This document shows, piece by piece, positions 57,876 to 64,000 of a DNA stretch of 64,000 nt (position 1 is the stretch's first letter; each line of letters starts with the position of its first letter). Source of the DNA: Flectonema sp. DT1601. Its lineage: Eukaryota. Location of the stretch: positions 1,240,001 to 1,304,000 of the forward strand of contig OZ025786.1 in the NCBI GenBank assembly GCA_964019425.1, written 5' to 3'. The notes beneath the pieces are model-generated. The model worked only from the letters and a program-made list of their open reading frames with translations, made no database searches and had not been told where the DNA came from. A program made the position numbers and the translations under genes.

Positions 57876-60800
57876 CTACCATACAAATTCATACGTCAAA
57901 GCGTTCTTTACGTTGACTTCAATTCGTAGCTTTTTAGTAGTAGTGTGTTTGTATCCAATACTACGATAGAATGATTCAGGAAATGGAAACGATCTGACAC
58001 ACTTCCAACCACAATCTTTAGCAATGCCGATTAAATCCCAGTAACAGTATGGCGGAGTTGTTTTTAGAGTCACGTGAATCCTTGTGAAGCTTGTTTTAGG
58101 AACAGTGCTAAAGAATCCTTCTAGAAGGTCTTCATTCGATTCTATCGATAAAACAGCGTCTTCAAGTGTACCTGTTTGTCTAACACCCGTATGTGGGAAG
58201 TTAAACACAATGTAATCATAATCACTGGTGTAGATACTACTGTCTGTGGCATCGCATCCGTCGGACTTTATATCGCAGGCAGTTATGTTGTCACTCTTCA
58301 GATGTTTTCTTAATGAGTTTGAGAAGGAGAAGTCGCCGTCACCGACACAAAATATTTTATCCGATGGAAGGTATGCTATGAACTCACTCGCTTCAACAAC
58401 TCGGTGTTCCCCAAAGTCTGCGTAAGGAAGCGCGTACTCCATTAGTCTATCAAAGATGTATATTTTACTGTACTCACTGAGTCTTCCTGGGAAACCTATC
58501 GTCGGTCCACAATGGAAACCAATTTTTAGCTCTCCAGGAGGAGCAATGTAACCTGACAAGTCCCCAAGTGTTTTAACTTCTCCATCACACCGTTCAGAGC
58601 AACGGGTTAAAAGATATGCCGCTTCTAATGGAGAGGTATAATGAGGTTGATGTAGTTTGAATTTTAATTTTAATTCTATCACATGAGATATTCCTTTACA
58701 CTTCGAACGTTTTAATAAACTAGGTACCACATCAGAGGAGATGGCCGCTACTTGGATACCAAAATTTTCAAAAATGTCTTCAGGAGACGCGTCTTCTATG
58801 TCACAAACATACAATTCATCATCAGGCGCGGCCTTACCTCCTCCAACAAGAGGAACGTGAAGGTTGTTTATGTGTTTGCGTAGTCTAGGTTGCTGAGCTA
58901 ATAATGAAAACAAGTCACCATCACCATCACAGATATCTACTTCATCAATGACGTTCATGTTTAGTTGTATTGCTAAGGCTTCACAACCAACAATGTTAAT
59001 ATCTACAATTGGTAGGTAAGAACTGATTTCATGAGGCAGAGTTCTTTTTGAACCTTTACTTCTTTTGATAAAGTAAATGTCTCTGAGAGAATATAATCCC
59101 AACTCTGTTTCGATTTTTGTATTTTGGATGGAGTCGGGTAGGATTGACCACCACCTTTTGTGAAATATGTATTCCAAGTCACCTGCGTAATTTGAATTTA
59201 TAAATTTCAAAAAATCGACAGTATTTTCACTCTCCAAGATGTTTTCATCAGCCAGGCATCCCATTGGTGTAATCCTTAAAGAATAAGCAACACCGAGATC
59301 TTCAAAATACTGTTTCTCTGACTGATCGTAATCATCGCAAACTACTGACGAGTTCGTTAGAATATTCTTAAATTTGAAATCATACAGAGACGTTGCACTT
59401 TCGTATTTCCCTGCAATACTTTTTAGCTGAACTCTTAATCCAATTTGTTTTAAGATTTTTTTATTACATTTCATCTCAACACAAGAGATGTAAAATGCCA
59501 GTGACTCACTTGGAATACAAGAAGCTGCAGCGTCAATCAATCCCTGCGGAGTAGTCGACTGACCTGAGATATTATTCGTGAGACCAACTTCTTGAATTAG
59601 AAAATCTTTCAACTCGTCGGTGAGTTTGTTAAAAACGTCTTTTCGGATGTCAGAAATACTCAAAAACGAGGATGCGTATAGTTTTGAAAAATCTCCTTCA
59701 CGAGGCCACAATTGATAAAGAGTAAATGATCGTCTTCTTTCCTTATTACTATTTAACATTTCTTGAATCATTTTAATAAAGAAATCAGAATCAGAATTAT
59801 TACAATACCAAAACGAATTAGATGAAATGAGATCCAACAATTGCTCTAACGACCATCTTTTAATATTTAAAGTTCTGATGATTGAATCTGATAATTGTCT
59901 TGCGATGTCTGGATGAGTAAAACAAACCTGATCTGTACTTTTAAACTTTAAAATCCAATCTGAATTATGTTTAGTTTCAATGAAAACAACTTTACTAGGA
60001 ATGGACATCTCCCCGTCAGTTGTTTTGATACATTTCATCGTTGAAACCTTTTGTAATAATTGATTAACCGAATCCCCAAAGAACTCATCATCTATTGCCT
60101 CCACTGGTAGATACGCAACTGCTGCAAAGTTTAAACTGCTGTCAACCAGAAGTTGTTCGAATATTGTATTGAAAGCCTCTTTGATTATTTTATTACTCTC
60201 GTTGTTGTGAATATCACAACGATTCAAAGTTAACTTGAAATCAGCATTCAGAATAAAATTAAAACCAACTTTCCTTATCGGAAGATAACTAAAAACTGGA
60301 TACGATATCACTACCGATGGTGAATACGGAAATGCGATAGTCACTTCAACATCGTTAATCACTTTGTTGATAATATGAAAACGTTTGTTATCCTTTGTCA
60401 CTTCATTACGAAGTACTATTTCATTGTCTTCCTGTTCTATGCGATGCCAGGTAGTTGAGTCGATTTTGATCTTTTTAATATTTCTAAAAAACAACAAAGA
60501 CCTCTCGTCTATTTTTACGATCGCATTTACCGGAACAGAACCCTTCAACACAATACAAGTTTTCATTTCATTTCTTTTGCGTAAATCTGATAGGAACTCA
60601 ATTTCTTTAGAATCACAAACAAGGGGACAAATCATTCCCAAATCAGAGTTGTCCTTTTCAAACTTAAAATTGTATCCATTACTAGAAATAGATGCATTAT
60701 TCGTTGCTGCAAAAACTGACTTGAAGCCGATCCCTTTCTCACCGATGAATCCTTGTCGTCCCTTTTTAGTACTGGAACCTACATTACAGATTGATCGAAC

Positions 60801-63800
60801 ATCTGTTTCCGTAAACCCGACTTCATTCGATCCGAAAACAGCAAATTCCGAATGTTCTGTTCTGTTTGTGACGACCACGACAGTTGGAATTACTTCAGAA
60901 GAGTACTCGGCATCATCGAAGTTTTGCAGCAACTCAAAAACAAAATGGAACTTTGAAGCTGCCGCATCAGTGGCTATCAACTCAATACTTCTGTGTAGCA
61001 TTTGTTTCATGTGCTCAGAGTTCTTCCCATCCGTAACAAAACTTTGTTGAATGTCTTTCAGGACTTCATTCGGATCGATCTCCTTTCCTTTCGTAACTTT
61101 TTGAATTGACTCTGACCCTGACTCTGTCCCTGACTCTGACTCTGACTCTGTCCCTGACTCTGACTCGTCGTTTAGTTTCTGGACGTGACTCAACTGATGT
61201 TCTTCATCTAATAATACAAGTTTAGTGACATCATCAAATACATTCCAAAGTGATTCAGGAGTTACTTCTTTAGGATAATGATTTACAGTAACACCTGGAG
61301 GCATAGTTTTTGATATAATGTGACCAGCAATTAGTTGTGTGATTATTTTTTCTGCGTCAGTTCCATACTGATAGTGTTTGCTGAGCTTATTTACGACACC
61401 AGCAGTGTCCCTATCACGAGTTACGAAATAACGTTCAGCCATACCGTAATACGCAACACACCCCCCCAATAGAAACTTTGCAATTTCCAACAACGATTCA
61501 AAAGGTTGTGTACCTGGGTCTGGGATAAGTTTGTTTATGAGAACCGCCAACACATCAGCGAACGGAAAGAAATCATTAATATTAGTGTCCCCCTCCTTGA
61601 CAAGATGTAAGTCAACATCTCCTTCTTTGAGCCACGGAAAGTCCAGGAACATAGGCATCGTTTTGAGAGCGTATCTGGTTTTTGGTAATTCCATAACCAG
61701 ATGATCCTTTACGTGTTTTATCATTTCATTTTGTAAGTAATTTATTATCACTTTATCTATAGTTTGACTCTCTAATGTACCCGACAGAATACATTCAGAA
61801 AACCAACTATCGGACAAGACACCCTCACATAATGAAATACACCACTCAGGTTTATATTTAATAATATTATTAACTACCTGGTCATCAGATTCTACTGTGT
61901 GATTTGATAAAACTGATTTCCAAAGGTTTGTTTTATCAATATTAAATAAATAGTCATCAAGTCCTTTCCAAACATGTTTCACAGCAGTAGTGACATGGTG
62001 ATGTGAGTAGTATCCATCAAAGGACCTCATCACAGAGGAGTTGGTTACGAGAACTGTTTTTTCTTTTGATAGTATTTCTCTGACAGCCATGTCCACAGTT
62101 GAGAACAAGTGTAGAGAATCATCAAACAAGCAAACAATTATTAATTTCGGATCCCTGTTTTCAGCAGACGACAACTCAAATTCCAATTCCTCTTTTGTTT
62201 TAACGGCACCAACATCTATCAATACGATGTCCCTATCTTTACTTTGAAAGAGATATTCACTTTGATCAACTGTCACATGCATTGGTCCCCCAAGACTCAA
62301 AACCATATCAAGACTGGTATGGGATACGTCTAAGGGAACACCAAAACAGTGCCTCAAAGACTTTTTTGCTTCGTCTGCTGAACCACAAACTGAAAGTAAC
62401 ATTGCCAGCTGTTCATCAGCTGGTGGATCTGTGCATATTAATTCATCATCAAGCTTACCAAGTCCGTGACAATGACCGCGGACCTTCCCTTCCTCAATAA
62501 CCCAATTCTTCAGAGCAGTCGATCCATCATCGGCCACGAAGAAACAGTGCTTCTGAAATCTGTTTAAAAGCGGTGGTGGAAAAGCATGATACGCATCCCA
62601 GCGATTCGCAAGCAACAATAGTTTGAAGTTTTTGTGAACCGAAACTTTTATTTTAGTCCTTCCAAGACCAATGTCTACCAACTGTTGACCATCGAATTCA
62701 GTAAAGTGTTTATTAAATAAATCATAAAGACTTTCATAAGAAGTGTTCGCATTTAATAAAACTAATCCACGACCGCTGTTTAAGATTGGTCGGATTCTTG
62801 ATATCAACTTCTTTGTGTACTCGAGGTCTGAATCTCTTGAGAACCCACTTCCTGAAACAACTTCAAACCCGTCGGGAAGCAGTTTTTCTAGTTCAGGTTT
62901 TAAGTAAGAAAGTGTCGACGAAATATTCGACGACACAATCAGTGGAAACCTTCCGTTGTCGATGTCTTGGAATGAACTTGAGATTTCAGTTTGAGAGAGA
63001 GTAAAATTAAATGCCCGGATTGGGATTCCCATTTTAGATTCGAATATCTTATCCACCGCCAACTGAGGAGTTCTAGGAAGTCCTGAAAAGTTCTTATGAA
63101 CAATAGTTCGAATACAATGAGGAACTGGATCAGGTAGTGAAACAATCATCTTCACGCAGTTGTAGAAATCTCTCAAAGCGTAGAATGCTCCTTCTGGAAA
63201 TTCTTTCATTCCTCTCATGAATTCAGCGGCTTCCTTAAATCCAATGGAAAGACCAGTTAAGAACTTCTCCAACACTTGATGACTACTTCCAGCAAATAAC
63301 TTCGCAGTTTCTAATAAAACTTCATCTGATGGCATACTACGAGTTAAGAACAGACCTCGATTCATCTTTGCTGGATCAATATTCCAATTTGAAGTCAGGA
63401 TGCAGGGACGTTCTTCTTCATCAAACTTCTCATGAAGAAGTTTCAACGGCATTTCTGGACTCATTTCAGCGAGACCTGCTTCTTCCAGAACGACGACGTC
63501 GTTTTTGTTTCGAGAGCAATCATCAAAATGGTCAGACAAATCTTTTGCCGTCGTATGAGGAGAACACTGTAGAACTCTTAATGTTGCTTCTGGTAGTTTT
63601 CGAAATAAAGAATTCTGACTCGCAATCCCAATCATCACCTCAGAGACAATACTTTTTGATAAAGACTTACTGGTACCAGGAGGTCCGATAATAAAGACTG
63701 GAATCTTAAGAGTAATTCCAACAATCATCATAAACACATTATCTCTAAGAGCATCATTCAGAACTATACCTTTCGGTAGTTTAATGCATTCCATGAAACG

Positions 63801-64000
63801 ATTCTGAACTTGTAGGACGGTACTCTCAAAAGTATCTCCGAGTTTTGAGTAAAGACCGCTTCTGTTATTTAATTTAGAAACATAAACAACATGAATTGCG
63901 ACCATACTCGCTGAATCTGATGTCATCCCTAACTCAGCACAAAGTGATCCCATGAATAACTTATACACAGATATGACTCGCGCCACGTCTCGAAAACTCA
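57876..64000 (-). CDS. Giant multidomain protein (5'-truncated by window): RNF213-like AAA+ module, sacsin/NO VEIN-like GHKL ATPase, BMT5/DUF2431-like C-terminal domain
   Basis: RNF213-type motifs IPVFIIGPPGTSKS, QCSPHTT, VVVLEEAGLAEMSPEMPLKLLH, SNWNIDPAKMNRG, LRDFY, YESLYDLFN..VDIGLG and FPPPLLNRFQKH. GHKL motifs ELLQNFDDA, GFTETDVRSICNVGSSTK and IGEKGIGFKSVF. C-terminal GDGDFSF/FNFPH. Confidence 0.85.
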   Translation of the reverse strand, partial: SFRDVARVISVYKLFMGSLCAELGMTSDSASMVAIHVVYVSKLNNRSGLYSKLGDTFESTVLQVQNRFMECIKLPKGIVLNDALRDNVFMMIVGITLKIPVFIIGPPGTSKSLSKSIVSEVMIGIASQNSLFRKLPEATLRVLQCSPHTTAKDLSDHFDDCSRNKNDVVVLEEAGLAEMSPEMPLKLLHEKFDEEERPCILTSNWNIDPAKMNRGLFLTRSMPSDEVLLETAKLFAGSSHQVLEKFLTGLSIGFKEAAEFMRGMKEFPEGAFYALRDFYNCVKMIVSLPDPVPHCIRTIVHKNFSGLPRTPQLAVDKIFESKMGIPIRAFNFTLSQTEISSSFQDIDNGRFPLIVSSNISSTLSYLKPELEKLLPDGFEVVSGSGFSRDSDLEYTKKLISRIRPILNSGRGLVLLNANTSYESLYDLFNKHFTEFDGQQLVDIGLGRTKIKVSVHKNFKLLLLANRWDAYHAFPPPLLNRFQKHCFFVADDGSTALKNWVIEEGKVRGHCHGLGKLDDELICTDPPADEQLAMLLSVCGSADEAKKSLRHCFGVPLDVSHTSLDMVLSLGGPMHVTVDQSEYLFQSKDRDIVLIDVGAVKTKEELEFELSSAENRDPKLIIVCLFDDSLHLFSTVDMAVREILSKEKTVLVTNSSVMRSFDGYYSHHHVTTAVKHVWKGLDDYLFNIDKTNLWKSVLSNHTVESDDQVVNNIIKYKPEWCISLCEGVLSDSWFSECILSGTLESQTIDKVIINYLQNEMIKHVKDHLVMELPKTRYALKTMPMFLDFPWLKEGDVDLHLVKEGDTNINDFFPFADVLAVLINKLIPDPGTQPFESLLEIAKFLLGGCVAYYGMAERYFVTRDRDTAGVVNKLSKHYQYGTDAEKIITQLIAGHIISKTMPPGVTVNHYPKEVTPESLWNVFDDVTKLVLLDEEHQLSHVQKLNDESESGTESESESGTESGSESIQKVTKGKEIDPNEVLKDIQQSFVTDGKNSEHMKQMLHRSIELIATDAAASKFHFVFELLQNFDDAEYSSEVIPTVVVVTNRTEHSEFAVFGSNEVGFTETDVRSICNVGSSTKKGRQGFIGEKGIGFKSVFAATNNASISSNGYNFKFEKDNSDLGMICPLVCDSKEIEFLSDLRKRNEMKTCIVLKGSVPVNAIVKIDERSLLFFRNIKKIKIDSTTWHRIEQEDNEIVLRNEVTKDNKRFHIINKVINDVEVTIAFPYSPSVVISYPVFSYLPIRKVGFNFILNADFKLTLNRCDIHNNESNKIIKEAFNTIFEQLLVDSSLNFAAVAYLPVEAIDDEFFGDSVNQLLQKVSTMKCIKTTDGEMSIPSKVVFIETKHNSDWILKFKSTDQVCFTHPDIARQLSDSIIRTLNIKRWSLEQLLDLISSNSFWYCNNSDSDFFIKMIQEMLNSNKERRRSFTLYQLWPREGDFSKLYASSFLSISDIRKDVFNKLTDELKDFLIQEVGLTNNISGQSTTPQGLIDAAASCIPSESLAFYISCVEMKCNKKILKQIGLRVQLKSIAGKYESATSLYDFKFKNILTNSSVVCDDYDQSEKQYFEDLGVAYSLRITPMGCLADENILESENTVDFLKFINSNYAGDLEYIFHKRWWSILPDSIQNTKIETELGLYSLRDIYFIKRSKGSKRTLPHEISSYLPIVDINIVGCEALAIQLNMNVIDEVDICDGDGDLFSLLAQQPRLRKHINNLHVPLVGGGKAAPDDELYVCDIEDASPEDIFENFGIQVAAISSDVVPSLLKRSKCKGISHVIELKLKFKLHQPHYTSPLEAAYLLTRCSERCDGEVKTLGDLSGYIAPPGELKIGFHCGPTIGFPGRLSEYSKIYIFDRLMEYALPYADFGEHRVVEASEFIAYLPSDKIFCVGDGDFSFSNSLRKHLKSDNITACDIKSDGCDATDSSIYTSDYDYIVFNFPHTGVRQTGTLEDAVLSIESNEDLLEGFFSTVPKTSFTRIHVTLKTTPPYCYWDLIGIAKDCGWKCVRSFPFPESFYRSIGYKHTTTKKLRIEVNVKNALTYEFVW
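61107..61166 (-). repeat. Coding tandem repeat (TGACTC-based hexamers) encoding an ESESGT linker
   Basis: ESESGTESESESGTESGSES immediately before the sacsin-like domain. Confidence 0.8.

Noticed and set aside
55180..61050. Long antisense ORFs 55180-55920 and 60385-61050 (also 22554-22973)
   Set aside because: They are shadow frames opposite well-supported genes and carry no motifs.

Overview
AT-rich eukaryotic genomic DNA with long poly(A)/poly(T) tracts between genes. All ~23 credible host genes lie on the minus strand and several have short GT-AG introns, which suggests a polycistronic, trans-splicing euglenozoan (diplomenid-like, i.e. diplonemid; inference only). From 1-50 kb it is a housekeeping/signalling cluster: CCCH protein, NEK kinase, ArfGAP, GH89 NAGLU, receptor adenylate cyclase, kinesin, penta-EF protein, SUMO, Sel1 protein, Costars, metallophosphoesterase, U-box protein, RRP9, a flavodoxin fusion and CGI-121, plus a 760-bp MITE. 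From 50-64 kb it is a rearranged accessory region. It holds a giant ORF, open past the window end, that fuses an RNF213-like AAA+ core, a sacsin/NO VEIN-type GHKL ATPase and a BMT5/DUF2431-like methyltransferase tip. Downstream are an intact Mutator (MULE) transposon with a 9-bp TSD and two stand-alone variant copies of that C-terminal domain inside mosaic duplications. The most novel candidates are this giant fusion with its variant orphan tips and an unusual splice code (A-rich cis-intron acceptors versus U-rich candidate trans-splice acceptors). All protein assignments come from motif recognition by eye, not database searches.
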